Shown here piece after piece: positions 48,411 to 58,366 of a stretch of DNA of 64,000 bases (positions within the stretch are counted from its first letter, which is position 1; the number at the start of each line of letters is the position of its first letter). The notes below the pieces were generated by a model, which worked only from the letters and a program-made list of their open reading frames with translations, did not search any database and was not told where the DNA came from. Origin of the DNA: Verrucomicrobiia bacterium (GTDB taxonomy: Bacteria > Verrucomicrobiota > Verrucomicrobiia > Limisphaerales > UBA1319); assembly GCA_963664225.1 (NCBI GenBank), contig OY760937.1, positions 5,568,001 to 5,632,000 on the forward strand, read 5' to 3'. The translations under genes and the position numbers were made by a program.

Positions 48411-48698
48411 TCATTTTTTAGTGCGAATGACGACAGAACCTTCTTTCGCACGCGTTGAACAGGCCAGACGGAAGGTTTCCGGATCCTTGTTCCATTCGTC
48501 CAAGACTTCCAATTCCTGCGCGGTGGGCGGTTCCAAATGATCGCCACCGGACAGAATCTCGACCACGCAAGTGCCACAGAGGCCATTGAAGCACCCGGCC
48601 TCCATTTCCACGCCCGCCCGTTGGCCCGCTTTCAGCAGGGTTGTCCCGGGTTCCACCTCGATGGTTTTATTGGCAGGCATCACTGTAATCATGGGCAT
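48411..48698 (-). CDS. [2Fe-2S] ferredoxin
   Basis: CFNGLCGTC...RLAC motif. 95 aa. Confidence 0.93.
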   Translation of the reverse strand: MPMITVMPANKTIEVEPGTTLLKAGQRAGVEMEAGCFNGLCGTCVVEILSGGDHLEPPTAQELEVLDEWNKDPETFRLACSTRAKEGSVVIRTKK

Positions 48699-48982
48699 AG
48701 GTGAACACTTATATAAAGACCCTGAAAAACCAAAAAAGACCGTTTAAGGACGATCCATACGCGATGGAGATGCCACATGGTTTTGAGGGCACGCTCCCCA
48801 TATTCAACATGGCATTATTTTTGCCTCAAAGGCAGGCCGATTGCGAGCGATTTGTTTGATCGCCATGAATGGCATGCGCCTGCGTCAGATTCATTTAGGT
48901 TTTTATTGTATTTCAATCTTGGTTGCATTTTAATCACCGCGTCACCCGAGATGCTTTATTTGGAATAACTGTCTGAATTCTG

Positions 48983-50299
48983 ATGCCTATGAATACTGTG
49001 CAATGTGGTCGGCGGCAATTTTTGCGGAAATCAGCCAAGGCGGTTCTTGGCGCTGTGGCCATTCCAACCATCATCCCCGGTTCGGTACTGGGAATTAACG
49101 GCGCTGTGGCGCCAAGCAACCGAATCGTGATGGGCTTTATCGGGGTTGGGGGGCAGGGGACTCGGGGCATGGCCGGCGGTATTTGGGCACCGGAAGGCGG
49201 ATTTATCGGGCGCAAGGAAGTTCATGGAGTGGCCGTTTGTGATGTTAACGCGAACAACCGTAATAACGCGCGCGACATTATCAATCGCAAGAATGGCAAT
49301 AAAGACTGCTCGGTGTACGGAGATTTCAGGGAATTGCTGGCCCGCAAGGATATCGATGCGGTGTTGATCGCCACCGGGGATCGGTGGCATCCGCTGATCA
49401 GCATGGCCGCCGCCAAGGCCGGGAAGGATATCTATTCCGAGAAACCGATGTCAGTGACGATTCAGGAAGCCAAAGCCCTGAGAGAAACCATCAATCGTTA
49501 TGGCGTTGTCTATCAATTGGGCACGCAGCAGCGGTCCAGCTACAGCTTTCGATATGCATGCGAACTGGTGCGCAACGGACACATCGGAGACGTCAAAGAA
49601 GTGATTGTGGCGGTGGGCGGGACGCCTGGGATTCGTGTGCCCGCGCTTCCAGCGGAGCCTGTTCCCGATTATCTGGACTACGACATGTGGCTTGGGCCCA
49701 TTCCCTGGAGGCCGTACAACTCGCAATTCGTCGGTGGCTGGATGTCATTTCGGGACTGCTCCGGCGGTGAAATGACGAACTGGGGTGCGCATCATTTTGA
49801 CATCGCGCAATGGGGGCTTGGGATGGACGACAGCGGACCGGTGGAGATCATTCCGCCGGACGGCAAGGAGATTAAGACGATTACATACCGCTATGCCAAT
49901 GGGGCTGTCATGACGCGGGATCCCGAGCGGATGCGCCAGATCTGCGGCCAGGATAACGGCGTGGTCTTCATTGGCACCAAAGGGCAGGTGGCGGTATGGC
50001 GGTATGAATTGCGGACGTGGCCCGAGGGGCTGATCCGCCATAAAACCGGTCCCGGTGAAATTCATCTGCACGAGTGCGACAACCATCACACGGATTTTCT
50101 AAACTCTGTGCGGAATCGAACCAAACCTGGAAGCAATGTGAATATCGGATGCCGGTCCATCACCACGGCGCATTTGGGCAATATCGCCTACGAATTGGGG
50201 CGTCCGCTGAAATGGAATCCGGTCCGGGAGGAGTTTGAAAACGATGACGAGGCCAACCGGATGCAATTCCGGCAAATGCGCAGTCCCTGGCATTTATAA
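48983..50299 (+). CDS. Tat-exported Gfo/Idh/MocA oxidoreductase
   Basis: RRQFL twin-arginine signal, GFIGVGGQG Rossmann motif, EKP, GTQQRS, WGAHHFD. Confidence 0.92.
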   Translation: MPMNTVQCGRRQFLRKSAKAVLGAVAIPTIIPGSVLGINGAVAPSNRIVMGFIGVGGQGTRGMAGGIWAPEGGFIGRKEVHGVAVCDVNANNRNNARDIINRKNGNKDCSVYGDFRELLARKDIDAVLIATGDRWHPLISMAAAKAGKDIYSEKPMSVTIQEAKALRETINRYGVVYQLGTQQRSSYSFRYACELVRNGHIGDVKEVIVAVGGTPGIRVPALPAEPVPDYLDYDMWLGPIPWRPYNSQFVGGWMSFRDCSGGEMTNWGAHHFDIAQWGLGMDDSGPVEIIPPDGKEIKTITYRYANGAVMTRDPERMRQICGQDNGVVFIGTKGQVAVWRYELRTWPEGLIRHKTGPGEIHLHECDNHHTDFLNSVRNRTKPGSNVNIGCRSITTAHLGNIAYELGRPLKWNPVREEFENDDEANRMQFRQMRSPWHL

Positions 50300-50320
50300 G
50301 AGAACCTTGGAGCCTGAATA

Positions 50321-52903
50321 ATGAAAAAGCTCAACAAACAGATTTCCATGAATAAAACACGTCATTTCATTGGCTGGTGGTTTGGATTGGCCGCCAGCAT
50401 TATTCTCATCACGCCAACTTTGGGTGCAGCCACCATGGACGAAGCCATTGCCAAATTGCAACGGTTTCAAAACGGCCAGAGCCAGCAGGTGTTGGAGGAT
50501 GTCGATCAATATGTAAACGCCGCCACGGCGCAGACAAGTCCATCAGGCGATAGAGCTGAATTGGCTCGCCGCCTGGGGACGCTGCTGGAGACCGATGCTT
50601 CGTTCGAGGCCAAACAATTTGTCTGCCGTCAACTGGCGAAGATCGGAACGCCAAAGGAAGTGCCAGCGCTGGCAAAATTGTTAACGGACGAGAAATACTC
50701 GGACATGGCATGCTACGGATTGGGCTCGATTGCCGGATCGGAAGTGGATGCGGCATTAAAGGCGGCTCTGGGCCAGACTCAGGGAAAGGTCCGGATCGGG
50801 ATCGTCAGCACGATGGCTTATCGGCGGAACCAGGAGTCGATTTCGGTGCTGATGACATTAATCACGGATGCCGACAAAGAGCTGGCCAGGGCGGCTCTGA
50901 CCGCTGTGGGGCATATCGGAGGACCGCAGGTTGCGGAAGCTTTGGTTAGGGATTTGTCCGCCGCCAAGCCCGAGGACCGTTTTATGGTTGCCGATGCGCT
51001 TCTGGCCTGTGCGGATGGATTCGTGGCGCAGGGGCAAAAGGACAAGGCATCTGAGTTGTATGCCTCGATGCTGAAGCCGGAAATGCCTGTGCTGACGCAG
51101 GCTGCGGCATTGCGCGGTCTGGCGGCCATGGGGGCACCAGGGGCGATCAGTCAGGTTCTGACCGCGCTGCGTTCTGGAGAGCCTGTGATTCAAAAGGCTG
51201 GGATGAGCTACATTCAATTGATGAAGGGTTCTGAAATAACGCAGGCATTCGCGAAAGAAATTCCCAATTTGCCTGCGAACGCCCAGGTCGTGCTGTTGGA
51301 GGCGCTGGGGGCGCGTGGGGATGTCACGGCATTGCCGGAATTGAAAAAAGCGCTGAGCAGCTCGGATCTTCAGGTGCGCGTTGCAGCCCTGCGCGTTCTC
51401 GGACAACTGGGAAACGCTTCGAGCGTGGAAGCGCTGATTGCCGCGGCAGGCGCCTCGAATGCCGAGGAACGCGCGGCGGCACTTGGGAGCCTGCGTGTAT
51501 TGGGAGGCGATGGGGTGGAGGCCGCATTGATTTCCAGCCTGACCACGGCGCCAACGAGTGTGCGTCCATCGATTGTTCGGGTCCTGGTGGATCGTAATAT
51601 CGTTGGGGCGGTTCCCTCGTTGATGAAAATGGCGTCCGATGTGGATGCGCGCTCCGCCATCGAGGCCTTGAAAGGACTGAGCGCGATGGCTGACGAGAAG
51701 GCGATGCCCGCGTTGCTCCAACTTTTGGCGGAGGCGAAGGATGACGGAGTCAGGGAAGCCGCTGAACAAACGGTTACGACGCTTGCGCACAAAATATCGG
51801 ATCAATCCAAACAGGCGGAGTCCACACTGGTGGCGTTGGCTGCAGAGAAACAGGAGAAGATACGCTGCGCGTTAATTCGGGTTCTTGGGGGCATTGGCAA
51901 TACGCCCGCATTCGAAGCGGTGCGCGGGGTTCTTGATGATAGCAGCGAAATGGTTCGCGAAACGGCCGTGCGCGCCCTGGCACAATGGCCTGATACCGCC
52001 GCCGAAGAGGTTTTGTTGAAGGTTCAGCAAAACAATCCAAACCAAACCCTGCGCACGCTTGCATTGCGCGGATTGGTTCGGTTGCTGGGGACGGATGGCG
52101 GGCGTTCATCGGCCAGTCTGGTCGAGACCTACAAGCAGATCCTGACGCGCGTAAATGATGCGGAAGAAAAGAAATTGGTTCTGTCGGGCCTCGCTGGAAT
52201 CCCTGATGTGAATGCCTTGAAACTGGTGGAACCGTTTTTAAAGGATGATGCGGTCAAAGCAGAGGCGGCATTGGCCATGCTGCAAATAGCGGCTGGATTG
52301 TCCGGAACCGATTCAGGGACAACGAAGCAGGCCGTGCAGAAGGCTGTGGCCGCAACGGATAATCCCGCCGTGCGACAAAAGGCTCAGGAAGTTCTGAAAG
52401 CGGTCGAACAAATGGAGGATTTCGTAACAGTATGGCGGGTGGCCGGTCCGTATATGAAGGAGGCAACGGGGTATGCGCAGCTTTTCGACGAGGTGTTTCC
52501 TCCGGAACGCGAGGGGGCGCAAGGGGTGGAGTGGAAGGTGATCCCGGCGGCGACCAATCCGGAAAAGCCCTGGCTGCTGGATTTGCTCAAGACGTTGGGT
52601 GGTGAAAGCCGGGTGGCCTATGCGCGCACCTTCATTCATGTGGACGAGGAGCAAAAAGCGTGTTTCGAGATGGGCAGCGACGATGGATTGAAAGTTTGGC
52701 TGAATGGTCAATTAGTCCATGCCAACAACGCCGCGCGCGCCATCACTCCGGGTTCGGACCGGGCTAATGTGACTCTGGCCAAAGGTTGGAATACGGTGCT
52801 GCTGAAAATCACGCAAAACAACCAGGGCTGGGAATATTGCCTGCGCCTTCGCAAGGCCGATGGCACTCATTTGGACGGCGTCCAGATCAGCGCGACCCGA
52901 TAA
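50321..52903 (+). CDS. Secreted HEAT/PBS-repeat protein with C-terminal beta-sandwich (PA14-like) domain
   Basis: Signal peptide, many VR..A..ALG repeats, C-terminal GSDDGLKVWLNG...L.KGWN. Confidence 0.85.
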   Translation: MKKLNKQISMNKTRHFIGWWFGLAASIILITPTLGAATMDEAIAKLQRFQNGQSQQVLEDVDQYVNAATAQTSPSGDRAELARRLGTLLETDASFEAKQFVCRQLAKIGTPKEVPALAKLLTDEKYSDMACYGLGSIAGSEVDAALKAALGQTQGKVRIGIVSTMAYRRNQESISVLMTLITDADKELARAALTAVGHIGGPQVAEALVRDLSAAKPEDRFMVADALLACADGFVAQGQKDKASELYASMLKPEMPVLTQAAALRGLAAMGAPGAISQVLTALRSGEPVIQKAGMSYIQLMKGSEITQAFAKEIPNLPANAQVVLLEALGARGDVTALPELKKALSSSDLQVRVAALRVLGQLGNASSVEALIAAAGASNAEERAAALGSLRVLGGDGVEAALISSLTTAPTSVRPSIVRVLVDRNIVGAVPSLMKMASDVDARSAIEALKGLSAMADEKAMPALLQLLAEAKDDGVREAAEQTVTTLAHKISDQSKQAESTLVALAAEKQEKIRCALIRVLGGIGNTPAFEAVRGVLDDSSEMVRETAVRALAQWPDTAAEEVLLKVQQNNPNQTLRTLALRGLVRLLGTDGGRSSASLVETYKQILTRVNDAEEKKLVLSGLAGIPDVNALKLVEPFLKDDAVKAEAALAMLQIAAGLSGTDSGTTKQAVQKAVAATDNPAVRQKAQEVLKAVEQMEDFVTVWRVAGPYMKEATGYAQLFDEVFPPEREGAQGVEWKVIPAATNPEKPWLLDLLKTLGGESRVAYARTFIHVDEEQKACFEMGSDDGLKVWLNGQLVHANNAARAITPGSDRANVTLAKGWNTVLLKITQNNQGWEYCLRLRKADGTHLDGVQISATR

Positions 52904-52985
52904 GTCGCACCCGCTGTTTCAGAAGAGGCGGAGTGTTTTTTATAATATGTGGATTCACCGACAGCGGTGAATCCACATCGAATTA

Positions 52986-55196
52986 TTATTCCACGTCAAT
53001 CCACTGACCTTCAGGCTTGTTGGCATATTCCAGAAGCAAAGTGCGCGTGGATGCATCCCACTGCTTCTGTTTGTCGGTGGCGTTGGTTCCGTCGATTTTG
53101 ACCGAGCGGGGTTCCGAGGGAAGCGACAGTCGCGTGGCTGAGGTGGTGGCTTGGGGGCCTGTGGCAAAACAGCGGACGCCATGACCTGAGGCTTTGAACG
53201 AGGTGATTTTGGCCGCTGAAGCCAGCACCATTGGGCGTCTTGTTGTCCGCCAGTCCAAATCGTAAAGGAAGACACGGTCGCCGGGATTGAGAGAGACGGA
53301 ATCGACTACATTCAGGGTGGGGGAGAAGAGGTTGATGAAATGGCCTTTGATGGTCTTCACACCTGCAACCGGGCTCTCATCCAGGCCGGCTCCGATGACG
53401 TAGGGGCCGCGCTTAAGAACCAGATAGTTTTTCTCCATCCAACTCGCTCCAGCCTCTTTGCAGGCCTCGCGGGCCAAGGCCAGAACCTGATCGGCTCCGG
53501 ATTTGTTTTGAGTCAGGGCTGCCGGGCTGCGCCGACTGTAGATCACGGCGCCACGGCCGACGGAATGCCGACCCTCCGGCAAATCCGCACTCAGATTGAG
53601 TTTTTCAAAAAGATGCGCCCTTGGCAGCGAATAGTGCATCGGTGTCGTGTTCCACCAATCTGTGACGGTTTGATATGGATCTGCGTCGTCGTCCACGAAA
53701 ACCAGGACGCCGCCGTTCTTCACCCACTCGGAGAGGCGGTCGTGAAGGGCCGCCGTGGGAGGTTTCATTCCTTCATACGTCAGGAACAGAACGCGAAAGG
53801 GCTTCAGGTAATCGGCCAGTCCGATGTTTTCGTATTGAACCGGCTGAACCGGCTGGCCGGATTTGAGCAGGGGCATGGCCAGGCCATAGAAGGAACCCAT
53901 GTGCGGATCGCTGGGATTAGGCTCGCCGCGCTGGAACATCATGGTGTCGGCGACTAAAATGCCCATACCTTCGGTCCCGCAGTCCCAGGAAACCTTGGGC
54001 TGGCGCATCTCGTTGAGGGCATTAAAGACCGTGAGCAATTCGGTGGCATACGCCTGCGAAATGGTTGCGCGTTCCGTTTTTTCACCGGGCTTGCGATCAG
54101 CCTTGTCCTTGACGGGATAGGAACCCATAAATGGGCGTTCAGGCCATGGGGCGACCTCGTAATGCGATACGTCAGGCCACAGCAAAGAGGCGACCAGGGT
54201 GCATTCCCAATTCCGCTGGTAATCGGCCCATGTGTGATCAGGATTATCCTCGACTGGGTCATTGAGGAAGTACATCCGGCGTCCCGTGGCACGGACCTGG
54301 TTTTGAAGGGCGCCGTATTCGAAAAATGCGGTTTCAAACGTGCGTTCCTTGAGCACACCGGAAAAGCGATTTGGTGTTCGCGCGGTGCCGGTCCAGACCT
54401 GACCGATGTAGCCGTCGCAGCCTTGAAGTTGGACGAGGCTTTGTTCCGGGCTGACGATTCCCCAATGGGCGTAATTGATCATGCTGTGTGTGGGCACGTA
54501 GCAACGAACCTGGAGTTGATGCTCCTTGTTTTGGACGTTGACGTAGTCAAACACCTGCTGAAGCGCGCGCCGGTAGAGGAAATACTTGAGTTTGGAGGCC
54601 CGATATTGGGCGTCGGGGGAGGTATGCGGAGCAATCCATGGTTCGTTGTAGTAACTCTGCCATTCCCGTTTGAAGCTGGGGCTGTAACCGGCCCGCACCC
54701 AGAATTCGGGTTCCTCGAGATGAACAGCTTCCGCCCCCGCGTCAATGGCCTTTTGCACTCCGAGGCAGAGGTATTTCCCGTAGGTTTCGGAGGGCGCCAC
54801 GTAGGGAATGCCCACCCCGTGGCCGATTATGTTTCCCGCCTTGTCCGTCTGGGATTCGTCCTCGTGGTTTTTGCCGTCCCATTTGCCGGTGAAATAGTCC
54901 TGATATTCGCCCCACGCCACGCCGGTCATGAAATGAATTTTATAGCCATGCTTTCGCCAACCCTCAATCCGGTTTGTGACATTTCCTTGAAAACCATAAA
55001 CCAGGGCGACGTCCGAGCGGATATCGACTTTTGGATTGTAGGGAGCGGAGGTTTGAAAGCTGGTGCGTTCCTTGTCCTGATCGGGATCCAGCGCGGGATT
55101 GGCAGGTTCCGCGGAATGGGCCAGCGGAAGCAACAGTTCACAAACGAGCGCAAGGCTGCCGATGCGGGTCGCCAGGTTCATGGTTTGAGACATCAT
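52986..55196 (-). CDS. Secreted putative glycoside hydrolase-like protein
   Basis: Signal peptide, Trp/Tyr-rich TIM-barrel-like N-terminal region (HLEEPEFW) and a trimerisation-like segment (WVKNGGVLVF). Confidence 0.55.
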   Translation of the reverse strand: MMSQTMNLATRIGSLALVCELLLPLAHSAEPANPALDPDQDKERTSFQTSAPYNPKVDIRSDVALVYGFQGNVTNRIEGWRKHGYKIHFMTGVAWGEYQDYFTGKWDGKNHEDESQTDKAGNIIGHGVGIPYVAPSETYGKYLCLGVQKAIDAGAEAVHLEEPEFWVRAGYSPSFKREWQSYYNEPWIAPHTSPDAQYRASKLKYFLYRRALQQVFDYVNVQNKEHQLQVRCYVPTHSMINYAHWGIVSPEQSLVQLQGCDGYIGQVWTGTARTPNRFSGVLKERTFETAFFEYGALQNQVRATGRRMYFLNDPVEDNPDHTWADYQRNWECTLVASLLWPDVSHYEVAPWPERPFMGSYPVKDKADRKPGEKTERATISQAYATELLTVFNALNEMRQPKVSWDCGTEGMGILVADTMMFQRGEPNPSDPHMGSFYGLAMPLLKSGQPVQPVQYENIGLADYLKPFRVLFLTYEGMKPPTAALHDRLSEWVKNGGVLVFVDDDADPYQTVTDWWNTTPMHYSLPRAHLFEKLNLSADLPEGRHSVGRGAVIYSRRSPAALTQNKSGADQVLALAREACKEAGASWMEKNYLVLKRGPYVIGAGLDESPVAGVKTIKGHFINLFSPTLNVVDSVSLNPGDRVFLYDLDWRTTRRPMVLASAAKITSFKASGHGVRCFATGPQATTSATRLSLPSEPRSVKIDGTNATDKQKQWDASTRTLLLEYANKPEGQWIDVE

Positions 55197-55256
55197 GGAT
55201 TTTGGGTTTGGGATTTGGTTAGGTGGATTTTAACAATGCGTTGCCGAATTTGTTCA

Positions 55257-56297
55257 TTACTTCGGCAGGGCCGGCTTTTCTTCCATAGCGATCAATTGAT
55301 TTGCGATGGATTCGCCTAATCGCTCAGGCTGGGCGGTGGAACCTTTATCCCCGGCATGAAATGCAGGCCCCTTACGAAACGAGACGGCCTGCAGGTTGAG
55401 GCGCCCATGGACAATGGTGGCCCAGGCCGCCACCGGGCTCTGACAGCCGCCGCCCATCGCTTTCAAGAAAGCGCGTTCCGCAGCAACGCAGCAAGCCGTT
55501 TCCGGGTGGTTCAAGGACTGACAAATTTCCGCGATGAGGGGGTCGTCTGAGCGGGTTTCAATGCCTATGGCTCCCTGGCCCACGCAGGGAATCATGGTCG
55601 CGGGATCCATGGGGGAGGCCATCAAACCGTGTGGCAGGGGATCGTCGTGCCCGGCGCGGTTTTGAGTGGATCCATGCAAGGAGCCATCGGCCAGAACCTG
55701 AAAATTAAGACGGCCCAGTCCCGCAGCGGCCAGAATGGTGGCGGCGATTTCGGGATTTTCATGGAGTTTCCGAAGGCGGGTGCCGACATTTCCCCGGACG
55801 GGTTGGATTTTGAGGTCGGGGCGCAAGGCGAGCAATTGGGCCTGGCGTCGTGTGCTGCTTGTGGCCACGGTGGCGCCCTGGGGCAGGTCCTGAAATTTCA
55901 GTCCCGTGGCAAATCCATTTTTCAAGGACGAACCGCGGTAGATCAGCATATCCCTGGCGTCGGCTCGCTCACAAACAGCGCCCAGATGGAGCCCTTCCGG
56001 CAAATCCGTGGGGAGGTCTTTCAGACTGTGAACGGCCATGTGGGCCTGTTTTTCGAGAAGGGCCTGTTCGAGTTCCTTGGTGAACAAACCTTTGGTGGAG
56101 GACATACCCGGATTTGCCAGGGCGGCGGTCTGGAGTTTGTCCCCCGTCGTTTTAATGATTTTGACTTCGAAATTGAGGTGTGGAAAGGCTTCGCGACACC
56201 TTGCCATGACCCAATGGGTTTGAACCAGGGCCAAAGCGCTGCCGCGTGTCGCCAGGACGATCTTGTTGGATTGGGTGGGTTCAGTGGTGATCATCAC
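55257..56297 (-). CDS. hemC: Hydroxymethylbilane synthase
   Basis: TRGSALALVQ, KGLFTKE, HSLKDLP, TSSTRR, RGNVGTRL, GGCQSP. Confidence 0.97.
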   Translation of the reverse strand: MMITTEPTQSNKIVLATRGSALALVQTHWVMARCREAFPHLNFEVKIIKTTGDKLQTAALANPGMSSTKGLFTKELEQALLEKQAHMAVHSLKDLPTDLPEGLHLGAVCERADARDMLIYRGSSLKNGFATGLKFQDLPQGATVATSSTRRQAQLLALRPDLKIQPVRGNVGTRLRKLHENPEIAATILAAAGLGRLNFQVLADGSLHGSTQNRAGHDDPLPHGLMASPMDPATMIPCVGQGAIGIETRSDDPLIAEICQSLNHPETACCVAAERAFLKAMGGGCQSPVAAWATIVHGRLNLQAVSFRKGPAFHAGDKGSTAQPERLGESIANQLIAMEEKPALPK

Positions 56298-56341
56298 ATT
56301 CTAACTTTGGACGGACGCTCCCTTTATAAAATAATAACTCC

Positions 56342-57400
56342 TCAGGAATGCTGCATCGATAGATCCCCTCCAGCGCTGTGCTGATGGGAGGAACCGCCGT
56401 TGAGCAACGCCTTGACTTTCTCGCATATAATGTCTTCACACAAGGCGATTTGCTTTTGGCGCTCTTTGAGGTAGTCATTGGCGATCAATTGCAGATCGTC
56501 GATATTGTAAAGGTAAACATTATCCAGGTAATTTACATCAGGGTCGATATCGCGGGGGACGGCAATGTCAACCAGCAGGAGCGGATGATTGTGCCTGAGT
56601 CGCATCAAGGGCTCAAGCTTGGGCCGGTCGAGTATGTAACGTCCGGCAGAGGTGCTGCTGACGATGATATCGACGCGTCCGAATTCCGATTCCCATTGGT
56701 CGAATGGAACGGCATGGCCGCCCAGAAGGGTGGCCAGCGACTGGGCATTTTCCAGAGTGCGATTGGTGACCAGGAGATTTGCAGCGCCGCGACTGAGCAT
56801 GGCGCGCGCGGTTTTTTCGCTGGTATCCCCGGCGCCAATCACCATTACGGTGCGGTGTTCCAGCGAGTTAAACACTTTCTCGGCCAACTCGACAGCCACG
56901 CTGGCGACCGACACGCTGCCTTTTTGAATGCCGGTATCCGTGCGGATTTGTTTGGCGACGTTGAAGGCTTTTTGAAAGGCCTTGTTCAAGCGACTGCCGG
57001 TGTATTTATGGCGCAGGGCAAGATCATAGGCCTGTTTGAGCTGGCCCAGCACTTCGGTTTCCCCCAGAACCATGGAGTCCAAGCCGCTGGCCACCCGAAA
57101 GAGATGTTCCAGGCTTTGCGGTTCGCCCAGGGTGTAAACGACATCGTCCATGGGCTCGATTTTCGCGTGCTCCTGGAAAAAGAAATGGCACAAGCGCTGG
57201 AAGGACTCGGCATTATTGGAGTCGGTGGCGGCGTAAATTTCTACACGGTTGCAGGTGGAGAGGATGACAGCCTCACTGGCCAGGCCGGACTGGCGCAAAT
57301 GCTCGAGAGCCTGGGGAATGCGGGATTCCGGGAATGCGAATTTTTCCCGCAGGGTGACCGGCGCGGTGCGATGATTGATGCCTACAACAATGACAGACAT
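56342..57400 (-). CDS. hemA: Glutamyl-tRNA reductase (short C-terminus)
   Basis: GINHRTAP..RE, STCNRVEIY, GLDSMVLGETEVLGQ, IGAG, DIAVPRD. Confidence 0.97.
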   Translation of the reverse strand: MSVIVVGINHRTAPVTLREKFAFPESRIPQALEHLRQSGLASEAVILSTCNRVEIYAATDSNNAESFQRLCHFFFQEHAKIEPMDDVVYTLGEPQSLEHLFRVASGLDSMVLGETEVLGQLKQAYDLALRHKYTGSRLNKAFQKAFNVAKQIRTDTGIQKGSVSVASVAVELAEKVFNSLEHRTVMVIGAGDTSEKTARAMLSRGAANLLVTNRTLENAQSLATLLGGHAVPFDQWESEFGRVDIIVSSTSAGRYILDRPKLEPLMRLRHNHPLLLVDIAVPRDIDPDVNYLDNVYLYNIDDLQLIANDYLKERQKQIALCEDIICEKVKALLNGGSSHQHSAGGDLSMQHS

Positions 57401-57404
57401 AAGC

Positions 57405-58229
57405 TCATGGATGATGCACGGGGGAAAGCAGGAAAAACCCCCAGAATGTCAGCATAAGAAACAGAAAAGCTCCGACCGCACTGTGCGCAAAGCGGCGTCC
57501 CCTGATGCCAAATTCCAGATGCAGGAGCAGCAGGACCAGATAAAACAACCAGATGAGAACCGTCCAGAGTATGATGGGGTCGTGCTTTACGTAGGCGCCC
57601 TGGGAGCTTTTGAGCCATAACGATCCCGAGGCCATGCCCAGCGTAAGCAGGATAAACGCCGTGATCATGGCGATGCCGGTCACCCGTTCCAACCTTTCAA
57701 TGGAGGGCAGAAGAGACGCCACGGCGCGTAATTTGTTAAACTTCAAATTATACGCCTGCGTTAGAAACATCAGGCTGGAAGCGGCCGAAAGGCCAAACCC
57801 GCCGCACGCGAGCAGGGTCAATGCGGCATGGAGGCTGCGCATTTCATGGGCGGGTTGTGCCGCAATGGGATTGGTATCCAGGGCGGGCATCATTGCAAAA
57901 ATGCCGATACCGAACAGGAGGGGTGAAAGGAACGCACCCAAAAACCGGAGACGCGGCCACAAACCCACCACCATGTAAACCGCGCACATGGTCCAGACAA
58001 TGAAGGCGGTGGCCTCGTAAAGGTTGTTGATGGGACAGCGTGAAAAAGAGGCCCCCCTTTGAACCATGGACCAGGTATGAAGCCCGAAACCGGAGAGCAA
58101 CACAGCGTAAATAATGTGATCGGCCCGGCGAAATCCGCCGCGCCACAGAAATATGGAATAGAGCGCCCCTAATCCATACATGAATACGGCGGCCAAAAAC
58201 CACTGCCTGTCATTTAGCAAGAACACCAT
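57405..58229 (-). CDS. CcsA/HemX-family membrane protein
   Basis: About 8 TMs, CPINNLYE, conserved His residues, degenerate WWD-region (W...KHDPI). Directly upstream of hemA. Confidence 0.85.
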   Translation of the reverse strand: MVFLLNDRQWFLAAVFMYGLGALYSIFLWRGGFRRADHIIYAVLLSGFGLHTWSMVQRGASFSRCPINNLYEATAFIVWTMCAVYMVVGLWPRLRFLGAFLSPLLFGIGIFAMMPALDTNPIAAQPAHEMRSLHAALTLLACGGFGLSAASSLMFLTQAYNLKFNKLRAVASLLPSIERLERVTGIAMITAFILLTLGMASGSLWLKSSQGAYVKHDPIILWTVLIWLFYLVLLLLHLEFGIRGRRFAHSAVGAFLFLMLTFWGFFLLSPVHHP

Positions 58230-58366
58230 TAACACGTTACCCGGAAGACGTTTCCCTGCAAGGCTGAATTCAATCATTAGCCACAGTTATGAACTTGCGA
58301 AGAAACGCATCTAATCTGACGCCATCGCCCTTCGAAACGAACTCCGGGACGCCATTCGCCCCGTCA

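Noticed and set aside
40434..57457. Long antisense ORFs (40434-41846, 54162-55319, 56378-57457 and similar)
   Set aside because: These are shadow frames opposite well-supported genes in GC-rich DNA and carry no motifs.
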